DNA from: Camelus ferus
Taxonomy: Eukaryota
DNA length: 64,000 bases
Direction of reading: 5' to 3'
NCBI RefSeq assembly: GCF_009834535.1
Contig: NC_045697.1
Span: forward strand, 52,950,001 to 53,014,000
Shown: positions 35,071 through 47,555 of the stretch, piece after piece
How the letters are laid out: each line of letters starts with the position of its first letter
Numbering within the stretch: the first letter of the stretch is position 1
Position numbers and translations under genes: made by a program
Notes under the pieces: model-generated
Databases searched by the model: none
Told to the model about the DNA's origin: nothing
What the model saw: the letters and a program-made list of their open reading frames with translations, nothing else

Positions 35071-38000
35071 CCTTGTTCTGTCCTTTACTTCATGCTGTCT
35101 TGGCCTGAATTGAAGCAGTGATGTTAAGGCACAGCTTCTTTAGCTTCTTCCTTTGTAAAAACGGCTGCCATTTTTCCTATTTGGATATCTTGGTGTTAAC
35201 TGTGGAGAAAAATCACAAGGAGTCAGAATATTTAGTTTCTAGTTCTTGATTGATGATTCACCAACCCTAGGAATTTGGGAATGTCCTTAGACATCACTGA
35301 GTTTCAGTTTCCTTAATAAGCATGTGCCTATTTGTTTTCCAAAGCATGTGATACTGTCTTTCATCAGCAGAGTAGAATACTAGTACTCTGGACTTTCAAC
35401 CTAAGAGAACCTTAAAATATTTTCAGTTCAATTCTGCTGAAATGCCTGGTTGAGAGAAGTGGCTTTGGTAAAAGAGTGGTCCAACTATTCTCCGAGGAAC
35501 TCCAAGATCTGTCCCTGAATCAAGTCATACCTGCAGTTAGGTTAGCTTAGCTTCTTTAAAGAATCACCTTCACTAAGATGTATTTACTAAAGCTCACAAA
35601 TGAGAGATAGATGTAAAAAGTCTACTCTTATTAGGTTCCCAGCACATGCTGGACACAGTGCAAGTAAGTGGTGTTATGATGGTGAACACCACAGAGTCTG
35701 GAGCTATTTATCCAATAGTGGATCTAAACCATGCAGTGTCAGGAGTAATACTGCAAGGAATAAGACTGGAGAGGGTCAGAGCACATAGGAGAGATTTTAT
35801 GGAAGGTGCCCCATAGTAAGTGAGATATAAATTATAACATCTGAGTTCAGGGTAGCCAGAAGAACATAGAAAAGTGTTCAAGGCAGAGAACAGCGTTGGT
35901 GAAGTCTGGAGGAAGAATGAGCAAGGTGAATTCTGACAACTTAGAAAAGTCTAGAATGGCTGCAGAAGAACTCCAGGGCTGAGAGTGGTGAGAGATGCGG
36001 CTGGAAGAGGGGAGCAGGGCTAGTCAAACAGAATCTCAAGCCTAGTGAAGGGCTTTTCCATAAAATATTGTTGAACACTGTACTAGATCACTTAATATGC
36101 AGTGTTTAAAACTCTACAGAGGAAATTTCTTCTACAAATTTATTTCAGGAAAAATTTTGCTGTTCTTGACATGTTTTAATTTATTTTTCTGGAGTCATTG
36201 TTAGTGGGGATATCAAGACCACTGCCTTTCCCTTCTATATCTTATTTTAGAAATATTAATTACTTTTCTTACAACTATTGTTATGATTTATTTGCTTCTT
36301 TGCCATAGCAAGATGTTTGTAACATTCTGTGTTTTTCTATCAATCTGGTTACTAGCAAAGCTAAATTTAATGCTTTTTTACAGTGGATCCAGGTTATATA
36401 AAGCCTAACCTAGTATATTTTCAGGGGCTTCTTCTTTAAGCAAAACACTACATAATTTAGGTGACAAAAATATTTCTTAAGAAATTGCAAAAAATTTCAG
36501 ATGTTAAAAAGGTAACAAATAGTATAAACATCACAAAATCTGGAAAAACAGCTTAATATTTTTACGAATTGCCTGACTTCTATTATAGCATTCATACATT
36601 TGAAGCCCTGTATCTTCTCCTCTGCTCACATGTTTCTAGTGCTAGCTTCCAAGACGTAGTCATATTATCATATGATCTCTGGTCCTGTACCTTTAAGTCA
36701 CATGTGGAATAAGTAGACATTGAGAGTTAGGCATGTGAAGCAGGAATATTCTTGGAAGCCATTCGTACATGAGGAGGGCTAGCCTTTTAAAAACTACATA
36801 TGGAATTTATTGTGGCTCGCATAAATATATCACACTAAACTCAAAGTAAATGTCTTCCCGTGTCAACTTCCCAAAATGCCCAGGGCTATTCCAACACCAT
36901 TTGAATTTGGGAGAAGGTGATGGAGGGACCATGGGAGTGGAAAGATACAGTAATTGACTCAGCCTCTGACCCTTATTGAGACTATGAACTTCCTTTCTGC
37001 TTGTGTTTACCTTGTAATGTTACTAACCTTATTACTGCTTCTTGCTGTGAGCTGTCTAAAATAGTTTTTGAGAAAAGATAGATATGCAAGTTTAATTAAT
37101 GAAATAGTGACAGTAAACCCTGTCTAATTATCATTCTTTAATAGTAATAACACCTTGAAATGTATAACAAAAGTTTCATTCACTACATGCTGGGCACTGT
37201 GCTAAATGCTTTTGATGACTAATATTCACAAAATCCCTATGTGGTAGGTACTATGATTGCCCCAACCAATATTTTACTGTTGAAAAAAATGGAATCTTAA
37301 TGAAGTCAAATAACTTGCCCATTGGCTAAGTGATAGAATGGAGATTTGAACTTAGGTCTGCCTGCAGTTAACATTTCCCTCTAGTTAGTATAGACATATA
37401 ACATATACAGTATGTATGTTTCTACCAATGGTGTCAGGGCACTAGAGCCAAGTTTCTATAAAGAACTTCTCTGTAAAAGTGAAGTGGGATGTGAACTTAT
37501 ATGAAATGGGTTTGTGAAATTTCAATTCCAAATATTAGTATGAATTATGATTTTTTAAAAAGTTCAACTGCATGAAAAGTAAAAAAAAAAGTCTTGCTTC
37601 TATTGAAAACAAGAAGCTGTCTCTTGGTATTGGCAGTGTAGTGCATACTGGGCAAGATGAGTCAACTTTTAAATAAACAGTTAGAGCAGACTAGATAATT
37701 AAGTTGAAGCTTGTTGAGTCTGTCACATCAACTTCTTACCAAACGTCATCTAATCACTTTTTTCAGAAGTGCTAGCATCTACATTGACACATCTGCACTG
37801 AAATGATGCACACATTTCCAGTGCTTCTTCCTCAGTAGGCCGATATACATGGGATGCAGCCCTCTGTTTATAGCCTTTGTGTTGTGTGGATTCCCTTTCT
37901 CATTTGCCACCACCGACATTCACCCATCTATTCACAGGGAGTGGGTCTCATAAACCTACTTTTGGAAAGCTAGACCAACGTGAAGTCAGATTCCCCGGTG

Positions 38001-38719
38001 CTGCCATCTGTTTGTTCAGTTTGTGACATAGGGTTAGAGTTGTGTACTTCAGATATGTTGTCTTTTCCTTGTAACTCTTAACGGTAGATATTTAACACTG
38101 GTAGAAACTGAGGCTTGGAGTGATTAAGTAACATACATGAGCTCAAGCTACACAGACAGAGCATGGGTTTGCACCAATGCCTGTCACCTCCACTTTCTAT
38201 TTGCCACAATGTCGTCATCACAGGGCTGGGCAAACGCCGGCAAAAGGGGATTGTTTGACTGGAGCTGTCAGCCTTAGTCAGTTAGTGTCACCCCCCGCCA
38301 CCCCCTAGGCATTTCCCTCTGTTTCTGGCCTCGGGTCTGTTTTGATTCTTCTGCTTTCCTTTGATGATGAGATCATTCTGGGCCCAACAGTGATTCAATA
38401 CTTACCTATAAGAAATTTAGGGACCCAGCACAATTTACTGTTCAAAAGATAAGTAACTGAAAAACATTGGGTTTTTAACCAAATGGATATTTTTCTTTCA
38501 TTGTTTTTTAGAAAAGATTTTTGTCATAGATTTCCTTTATTATAAAGTTTCCTGAAGAGAGACAAGAATTTAAAAGAGATATCATATATGTTCAGTTTTA
38601 TAAGAAGTAGTTTCTAAAAGACTGGAAGATTCTACCATGAAGAAAGAGAAAGAGCTCCTCCAAATTGTAGAATCTCAAAGTCAGAGAAGACCTGAGGGTC
38701 ATTTAAAGGGATGTGTCTT

Positions 38720-39470
38720 TGTCCTAGTTTGACAGACCTAAAACCTAGGGGTCATCCTTGACCCTTCTCCCATTCCTGGGCAAATCCAGTCATCTCTACC
38801 TTCAGAATAGATCCAGAATTGGACCACTTTGCACCACTTCCATCCACTGTGACTGAATTTTACCACCTTAGTGGTCCGTCTGCTTATTTCTCCTCTTCAG
38901 TTTATTCTCAAGTCAGAGGCCAGGGTGATACATCAAATATATGAGTCAGATCATGACCTTCCTCCAGTGGGTCCTCATCTCAGCCTGTGTTAAAGACAGT
39001 CCTTATATAGCCACAAGGCCCTGTGTGATCTGATCCCACCTCTCTGATGTCCTTTTCCTCCTACTTTGTATCCTTCCTCTGCTCAGGCCACACTGGCCTT
39101 GTTACTTTATCTTGACCATACCAGGTGTGCTTCTGCCTCAGGACCTTTGCTCTGGCTGTGCCCTTTGCTTAGAATGCTTTTTCCCCCCAGAGTCTACATG
39201 GCTTACTCCCTTGCCTCCTTTAGGTCTTCGCTCAGATGCTACCGTCTCCATGAGGTAAAATTGTAACTTACCATCCTTTCTAATGCCCTTTCCTGATTTA
39301 TTTTTCTCTATTGCACTCATCATCAATTAACATATATTTTTCTAACTTAAATTTTGTTGTCTGTCTTCCTGTTCCTCAGTGAAGGTAGAGAACTTTATCT
39401 TTGTCCATTATTGAATCCCTAGCACCTAGAACATGGTAGTAACTCAGTAAATATTTGTGGAATTAAATAA
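38720..39470 (+). mobile_element. L2 LINE fragment including its 3' end
   Basis: aaaacctaggggtcatccttgac...gcctcaggacctttgctctggctgtgccctttgcttagaatgc...tcagtaaatatttgtggaattaaat. Confidence 0.8.
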
Positions 39471-40650
39471 AATCTGATAGCTCAACTCCCTCATTGTGCA
39501 GATAAGGGGGAATGAAGGTCTAGCGAGATTAACTGATTTTTTCAGGTTCTACTCCTGTTTAGGGTCAGTATTGGGGGCTATGACTTTCTATTTAGTGTCC
39601 ATTTCACCACATGATAATTTGTTTTGAGCAATTCTTAGCAGCTGATACCACATTCCAGGTTTGAGACTCAGTACATCACATTATGGTAATGGGAGAGGCA
39701 GTGAGCCAGAGAGAGGGGGAGAATGGGAGACAGCAGAGAACCAGAAGGAGCGAGAGGGGAGTGAGATGGAGAGAGTGACACACACACACACACCCCAGGG
39801 GGACAGAGAGGACAGGCAGGAAGAAAGACTCAGAGGACAGAGATAGTCCTAACTGGATTCGTGCCTCCACCCATTCCCCGTTCAAAGACACCTTCCAACC
39901 CACCTCACTGCTATCAGGGTTAATTTCACCCAAACCAGTTCTGGTATGATGTCACCCTTCTCTGGGAGCTGCAGAACAAAGCATAAACTCCTTCGCTAGG
40001 TACACAAGTCACCATCTGCCTCCTGTTTTTCCTAACACAACACTGCAGGATACTTCCTGACTTCCCCACACTCTTGCCGTATTGTTTTATTTCCTCTCCC
40101 CAGACTCTCCAGATCTTTCTAGATATTTGTCCATCTGCACGGGTGGTTTTCTGAGCCTCAGAATTCCCTCTTTGCTTCTTCCACTTGAAACATTCTGTAT
40201 CTTTTCAGAACCAGCTCAAAAATCCCCTTCTCTGTGAGACTTCCCCATTCTCTCCCAACAGAGTCAGCTTTTCTGTCATTTGAGTCCTTATCTCAGGAGC
40301 AGCATTTGCCACAGCATCTGAGTTACCTTCTCATCTTGGCTTCCTCATGTCTCTGGTGGCTAGCACAGTACCAGGGCCTAGTAGGTACTCAAAATGTGTA
40401 GGCTGAATGAATTATGTCCAATCACAGAAACTTAACTGAACTTGGCTCTTGTGATAAGTGGTTATGGGCAGTATGAAGTAGGGGACCATGTAGATGTAGC
40501 TGCTTATACAAAATAAGTTAGGCTATTGCTTACTTAAAGCCTCTCTTGTGGCTCTCCTGCTTTCCAGGAGATAGATAGGTAACCACCCTCAGCACCGGCA
40601 TGAGATCTTTCACAAACATATGTGCTTGGTGCTAACATTCCTAAAACTGC

Positions 40651-40676
40651 AAAAAAAAAAAAAAAAAAAAAAAAAA
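40651..40676. repeat. poly(A) run, 26 nt
   Basis: directly visible. Confidence 0.9.
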
Positions 40677-42189
40677 GAGAGAGACAAATGCTATGTTTTT
40701 AACACCCAACATTTCATAAACTTGGCTTGAAAGTAGCTGACTTGGCATATTTTGGCATGGGATGGATACAAAAGGAACCCTCAGAGAGCCAAGACAGAGG
40801 GATAGTCTATCAGGTTTTCTAACTTTCTTTCTTCCTTTTTTATTGCCAAGGTTGTGACCTATAGTGACGCTGTAGCTTCTGTCATCTGGGACAACCTTCC
40901 TTGCTTCACGGACGTAGCATGGCCCTAGACAGTCATGCTGAAATGAAGTCCAATTTGTGCTAGACACATAACTCCAGGGTTGACCTTTTTATGTCAGTTC
41001 TTCTAGACACATCTTTAAATAACACCCACACATTTCTAGTTTGTGATTAATTAGAATGTAAATCCCTATCCACTCCGGAAAACCCACAGTCATTTCCTTC
41101 ACTGTGCTCACTACAGCTTATCTTTAAGTCATTATCAAACCGGTGGTTAGGTAGGTCTCTGGGCAGAAAGATGCTGAGCCCTGGGAAAGACGAAAGTGCA
41201 GGGAGAGAGCTGAAGACATCAGCAAACGGCGTGATGACAGACAGCTTCGTAATGATCGTTTCTAAAAGCTGGGAATTCAGTTTCTGGCGTCTGGCTTGTG
41301 GAGTATGATTGCTGGTACTCCTACTTTCCCCCTAGACCTAGTGTTTATGGAAGAAAGGAACGGTCTAAACTTCAGGTTCTGTGTCCCTCTTTGCAAGATG
41401 CAGCTCGGCCTGTGTGTTGATATCCTTTGACTGGTAGCCACGTGCAGTCTATACGGGTCGACCCTTCAGTTCGAGCAGTTTTGGACAGAAGTGGAACATT
41501 CCTCGGAATTCAAAGCTTTCATGTCTTTGAGACTTGTTTTCTCAAAAAGAGTATTTTCAAGTTCTAATAAAATTTAGGCTGTGAGTCTGAGCCAGTTTGA
41601 ATATTTGCTCCAACTCATTCATACAGTTCTATAGTGGGAGGTAGTTGAATGATTAGACTTTGGGCCGTCTGAGTAACAGCTGAAACTGTAGGCAGAATTT
41701 TGTAAGTTCTCTCCTTTTAGTTTTTTGGGAAAGATGGTTCATAGCTTTCATTTGATTCTCAAGTGAGTGCTTGAGGGCCTTGGAAGGTCTGTGTGTGAGA
41801 GCGCTGAATGGGAAATCTGAAGGCTTGTTTTTTTTAGCCTCTGATAGCAAGTAGAACTTGAAAAAAGACATTATTCTTCTTGGCATTAGACTCCTCACCC
41901 ATAAATGAGAAGTGAATTAAGTCAGTGTTTTCCCAAACTTTATTCATGTACATAGTCACTTATGTACTACTGCCGTTGTGATTGTTGCCATATCCTACTC
42001 TAATTTGTGCTATTTAATTACTTTTTAGAATTCAAACACTTAAAAAATAAGTTTTATTTTACAAGGAGCCTTATCTTTGCACCTGTAAATGGAAAACCAG
42101 CAACACTTGATGTAAGTGAAATAAGGCTATTCATGTACTACATAAAAATTATTGTCTTTACACCAATTGCAGGTGTGCCACACGTGAGA

Positions 42190-45020
42190 CGCATTGTCAT
42201 AATGGATCTATTATGTTTACTAGTCCAGATTCACTCCCTACCCTTCTCCACCCAGAAAGGCCCAGAAGACACTTGACTAAGGCATTATGAAGAGCTCTGT
42301 GGTTTTATCCTCCGTAGGGCAGATATGATGATGGGAGCTGCTGCTTTGGAATATCAGTGGGAAAAATAGGATTCTGAAATAATTGAGTCCAAGTGGTGAT
42401 GCTTATCCCTCAGAGTCAAGGAGGATGCAGTTTCCATGGTAAACCACAGGATGGAGTGGTAGTCAGGGTGCTTTGACCAAGTGATGACTAGTAGATCATG
42501 GGTGTCTAGAAACCAGTAGATGGACATCCTGTTAAGTGCTGCTTGCCATAAAAAGACAAAAGGATTCTAGGTTCACTGAGCCTAACTCAGGTCACCACAG
42601 TGGGATTCACAGTCTCTTATCTAGTTCCCAGACCTAGAGACCCTCAGTCTAGGGGAGACAGGGTCCCTGTGAGAAAGACCACATATGTATATTATAGAAA
42701 TTTTCCTAAGTCTTCTCTGGAGAAACCTGAAGCAGTTTACCATGGGGACTGTGTAGGGTGGACTGGGAAAGAGAATACCCAGACTTTCTGGAGGTTATTA
42801 GGTAGTGGTTCTGAACCCCCAAAGCCTTCATCATTTATAAATTAAAGCTCATAGAAGTCAGACTTGAGATGGAATCTTGGTCCACGTCTAATGGTGGGTC
42901 CAGTGATCTCTCTTGCGGTTATTTCCCCAGTCCCAGAATGTGTAGTGAGAGTAGATATGCCTAACAACCGGCTGAATTCCACACTGATTCTGACACCAGT
43001 GGGATGAAAGTTATAATGGTGGGCAGGTCCCAGTGGAGGGAAGTTCTTGAAACTGTACTCCGTTCCCCAGCCCTCTCTAAAAGACGGTAAGTCCTGTAGG
43101 AGGAATGATAGGGATGAGCATTATCAATGAAGGCTTCAGAGGTACAGGGAAGGGAAGGTGTCCTACCACATCCCCATTTAACTCACTTGTTTGGCTGATG
43201 CAAATGCTAGATGGGTCATGGGGACACAATGGATTACGGCAAAGTCAATCAGGTGGTGATGCCAGTTGTAGCTATTATTCTAGATGTGGTAGCTTTATTG
43301 GAAAAAAATCAGCATAGCCCATGGCACCTCGTTTGTAGTTATTGATCTGGCAGATGCTTCCTTTCTATTCCAATCAGTGAGAAAAATCAGAAGCAGTTTG
43401 CTTTTAAAGGGCAGGGATAATACAACCTTAAACTGTCTTGCCCCAGGTCTGTGTCACCTCTCTTGCAATCTGTCTTAAGATAATCCTGAGGGTCCTTGAT
43501 CATCTTTATATCCCACAGGAAACCATGCCAGCCCATTACATTGAAGACACAATACAATCGGTATGGATTAGCATGAAGTAGCAAGCCAGAGAGTGGAAGA
43601 TAAATACTGCAAACTTCATAAAAAAGTTCATCAAGAGGGGCTGCTGACATTTCTAGAGGTCAGGTAGCCTGGAGCATGTCAAGATAGCTAAAGTGAAAGG
43701 CAAGTTGTGGTAGCTTGTACCACCCTAAAGAAGAGAGAAGCACAGTGCTTCTGGACTTCTCTGTGTTTTGAAGACAACATATACCATATAGTGTATAATT
43801 TGAAAGGTTGCTCGTTTTGAGCGGGACTTAGGTCAAGAAAGGGGTACATGCTGTAGCATAAATCTCCCTGTCACTTGGGCACTATGACTCAGGGGCCCAT
43901 GGAAATATTTATGGCTCTATGGGACTTCTGTCAAGTCCTGACAGGAGAGTAAGAGCACAGAACTTTAAGGGTTTTTTTTCCTGTGTGTGTGTGTGAAAAG
44001 AAGTTCTTGCCTTGCTACTGGACCCTAATAGAGACAGTGTGCTGACTTGGGGATGCCAGGTGATTATACTATATGAATTGCCTATCTTGAACTAGGTGGT
44101 TTATGATCCACTGAACCATAAAACTGAATGTAAACAGCAGCTTTCTAATGTAAGTGAAAATGACCAGATTTCAGGTCTGGAGGCCTCAAGTAATTTGCCT
44201 AAGCAACAGGTTCAGACTTTCACATACTTCCTCTTTATAACTTTAATGCTTTTTCCTCAATCTACACATTTGGCTTCATGGGGAGTTCCATATGACTGGA
44301 ATAACCAGATGTCTGAGTTTGCCCTAAATAGTACTGGTTTACACCTCTTATCCAACGTTCATTCATCATTTGTGACACCACTTTTCATTGTCAAAAGTGT
44401 CCCAGTTTGGAGAATCAATTATATGACCACCCTGATCAATTAATGGAGAGGACTGTGTGCCTGGTTCATGAATTTCTGTATTCTGACATCAGCTGGAAGT
44501 GCAAAGTTAATACACCACACCCTTACTCAGTAGGCAGAACTTTAAATGGTATGTCTAATTGTTGATATTGTGTGGAAGGACAGGTGGCCTGAGATACAGA
44601 TCTGCACTAACTCAGGCTCAGCACTAGATTGGTCAGCTGGTCAAGGATTTGGGAAGAACAAAACTGGGAGATTACTAATAAGGAGGCCTAGAAGGCAGGC
44701 TATTTAAGTAGAGTGTCTTAGAATGGGCTATAGTAGGACGATATTTATTTCTCATGTAAATGTGCAGTAAAGGGAAGCCACAGTGGAGGAAATTCTCAGT
44801 AATTAAGATGGCTCCTCCTGTGAGTGACATTTAGCCTCTTTTTTCCCTAGCCATCTTGACGTTTGCTCATGGACCAGTGTTTGAAGTGGTTATGGTGGCA
44901 GAGATAAGGCTCAACAACTTGGTATCCCTCTTTGTCAAAGTTGATCTATTAACACAATTAAGTGCCCATCCTGCAATAGAAGAGACCAACTTCGATATGA
45001 TATGTCACTTGATATGGCAA
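42190..45020 (+). mobile_element. Decayed class III endogenous retrovirus (ERV-L) internal region: gag end, protease, RT, RNase H
   Basis: Broken-frame translation gives GKENTQTFWRLLGSGSE (protease LLDTGSE), PTTSPFNSLVWLMQMLDGSW, MDYGKVNQVV, VIDLADA, NQKQFAF, HYIED at 43534-43548 (YIDD) and WGVPYD, all resembling ERV-L Pol; many stops and frameshifts, no LTR identified. Confidence 0.88.
44298..44433. mobile_element. MER94-like hAT-Blackjack element nested in the ERV-L pol
   Basis: tcaaaagtgtcccagtttggagaatcaattatatgaccaccct matches the MER94 consensus as recalled; about 135 bp. Confidence 0.7.
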
Positions 45021-46484
45021 CATTCATCAGAGAAATAAGCATGTGTGATCTCATAAATGCATGCTCTGAATTATAAAGGACAAAAGGGCAGTGTGTGGAA
45101 TGTGAATGGAAAAGCACGCATTCATCAGATAATGGGAAAATTCCATTTCTCCATTGCTGCTGCTGCTGTTTTGCTAGGTTCTCTTTATGACAAGGATCAG
45201 TAGGAAAAGAAGGAAATGACCATGATTCAGCAATTTTATCTGTGCGCTTTATCTCATTTAGTTCTCACAACAACCTTGTGAGGCACATTAGGAAAATGAA
45301 AACACAGTGCAGAGGGATTAAGTTACTTCCAAAGACTTACAGGTGATTACGTGTGGTGTCAAGGTTTGAACCTGTAGCTGTCTATACATCTTTTACAATA
45401 TTGCTTTTTAGGAGATGGTCTGGAATGCTAAGGTGGGTCTCAGTGGGCATCTGCTGGCTGGCTACTGTGGAGGTCATTTTCTTATCCTCGCACCTTTGCC
45501 AGAGTCACTATGGGAGGCAAACCGAATTTTAATCTCCTGCATCTCTCCTTCCGCTCTAGACCACTGAATGAGGGTGAGCAGAGCTCTGCCTGAAGAGAGG
45601 GGGACAGTAAGAGGTGACTGCACAGTCCAGTTAAGGCTACTGAAGGGCCCCAGGTCAGGAGGCATCTCAGGGCTCTTTTCCTTGGTTGCATCTCCAAATT
45701 CTCCACAGGGACCGCATAGGGGAATCTGAGTTCCATGGAGTCTAAGACCTGGGCTGGGCAGCTTGGGAGGAGGTGGAGTGAGTGGGAGGCTACTCTTTAG
45801 GAGTGAGGCTACTTTTCATATGTGGCCTCGCAACCTCTTAATTTAGGCAGATAGCTCTGTCTGATACATACCTAGTTTTGATGACAAGTAACCATTATTT
45901 TCTGAGTCTCCTTTTTTCACATTATACTTCACAGAAATGAGCTAATTCTCACATGGTGCCCACATGACTTTTCTTGTGCTTCTTCCTCTTGGAGGCCTCA
46001 TTCTGCAGATGCTTTCAGTTCCATTCTGAGAAACAAGTCCCTCTCTGCCCCTCCAGTAGCCCTAGTCTTAGGCTGGGTTATGTGCCTCTTTTCTGTGGCT
46101 CCAGGGGCACCCTGTGCTTGTCCTTGTCATAGCACTTTTCGCTTGTGCTGGTGGTTTGGGAGCATCTGTTTTACAGTGCTGTTGAATACACGAAAAGTAC
46201 TTGAGCTTGGCCTACAGTGGCTGTTTTCTTATTATTGTGGTTGTTGGTCTACTTGTCAATCATCCCCATTGTAAGCTCTGAGGGTAGGGGCTGTGTCCCT
46301 GTTCCCTAGCACAGTGCCTAGGACGTCAGTCGATACTCAATAAACTTTTCAGGAAAGAAAAATGAGTTGAATAAAATGGGATAAAGAGTAGCAATGGCAG
46401 GGGATGAGCATGCTTTTCTTAATCATTTAAATATATGTAAATAATAAGCATATAATTCCTGATGATCTTTAGTGAGAAAAATTC

Positions 46485-46897
46485 TTTATTTAAAATAAGC
46501 TAGATGTTTTTACTAGATTAAATAAAATACTCTACAAATGAGAATTTTAAATCCAATATACTATACCCAATAATATCAGTCAGAGATTATCCACTAATCC
46601 CTGTTTAATAATGCTTGAATGAAATAACATAATTCTGAGAACATGTGCCTTTGCTTAGAGAAAAATTTCCAAAGCAGTGTCACATTTCTTGGATATAACA
46701 GTGTCATGCTAGTAAGAGAAATTCTATAATGCCAAATACAGCTAGAAACAGTGATTTTCAAATGCAGAGACCCTTAGACTTGCTCTGATGTTATTAATTG
46801 TATTTCTAAATCACAGAGACAGGCAACATATTTTATTTCAATAAAAGAGTAAAAGCAAGAAGGGGACCTACACTATTTCTAGCCACTTGTGTTTATT
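46485..46897 (-). terminator. Candidate AMBN polyadenylation signals (AATAAA at 46892-46897, 46832-46837, 46485-46490)
   Basis: tttatt hexamers on plus downstream of the AMBN stop. Confidence 0.55.
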
Positions 46898-47024
46898 AAT
46901 ATATGCTTAGCGCTTTTAATGCCTTTGCTGCAGAAGGGTAATAACTGTTTTCGCAAAAAGATAGACTATGGGGACAAAGCTGGGAAGCTTGTGCATACAG
47001 GAAGTAGCCAATAACTCAATGCTC

Positions 47025-47555
47025 TCAGGGCTCTTGAAAATGCCACGCATCATACTTATTCTGGGGCTGCTGGGCCTTGTTTCCTGACATCGATGTCTGT
47101 TGACTATCTGGGGTTGCCGTGGAATCCACAGTTGTCTCTTCCTGGAGACCCATGGTTGTGGTCTCATCAACACCGTATGTCTCATAAACGTCAGCTAATC
47201 CAGGGGTCATCAGTGGGTCAGCAGCCGCTGGGGTGACCCTGAATGGTCCCCTGATTCTTGCCAGGTTGGGAACATTGTCCTTAGCACTAGCAAGGAGCCC
47301 TCCGAGGGCACCAGGTGCTCCCTCTGAAAGGAGAGCTGGGTTTTCTGGATCATCTGGGTTGGTCTCTGGCACAGGGGAGCCTTGTGCACCTCCTTCTCCC
47401 TTCTCAGGGCCTTTGGTTCCAGCGACTGGGGAGTCAAATTCCAGTGTAAAGTCCCCTCCCATTGCTGGATTGGTGGGCATCCCTCCAAGGTTGGACCTCA
47501 TGCCTCCAAATCCTGGGAACATGGACCCATAAGCCATGGGGCCTCCTCTGCCTCC
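47025..47555 (-). CDS. AMBN: AMBN last exon GGRGGPMAYG...DAWHFQEP*
   Basis: ttacag|GGA; within ORF 47025..47591. Confidence 0.98.
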   Translation of the reverse strand, partial: GGRGGPMAYGSMFPGFGGMRSNLGGMPTNPAMGGDFTLEFDSPVAGTKGPEKGEGGAQGSPVPETNPDDPENPALLSEGAPGALGGLLASAKDNVPNLARIRGPFRVTPAAADPLMTPGLADVYETYGVDETTTMGLQEETTVDSTATPDSQQTSMSGNKAQQPQNKYDAWHFQEP

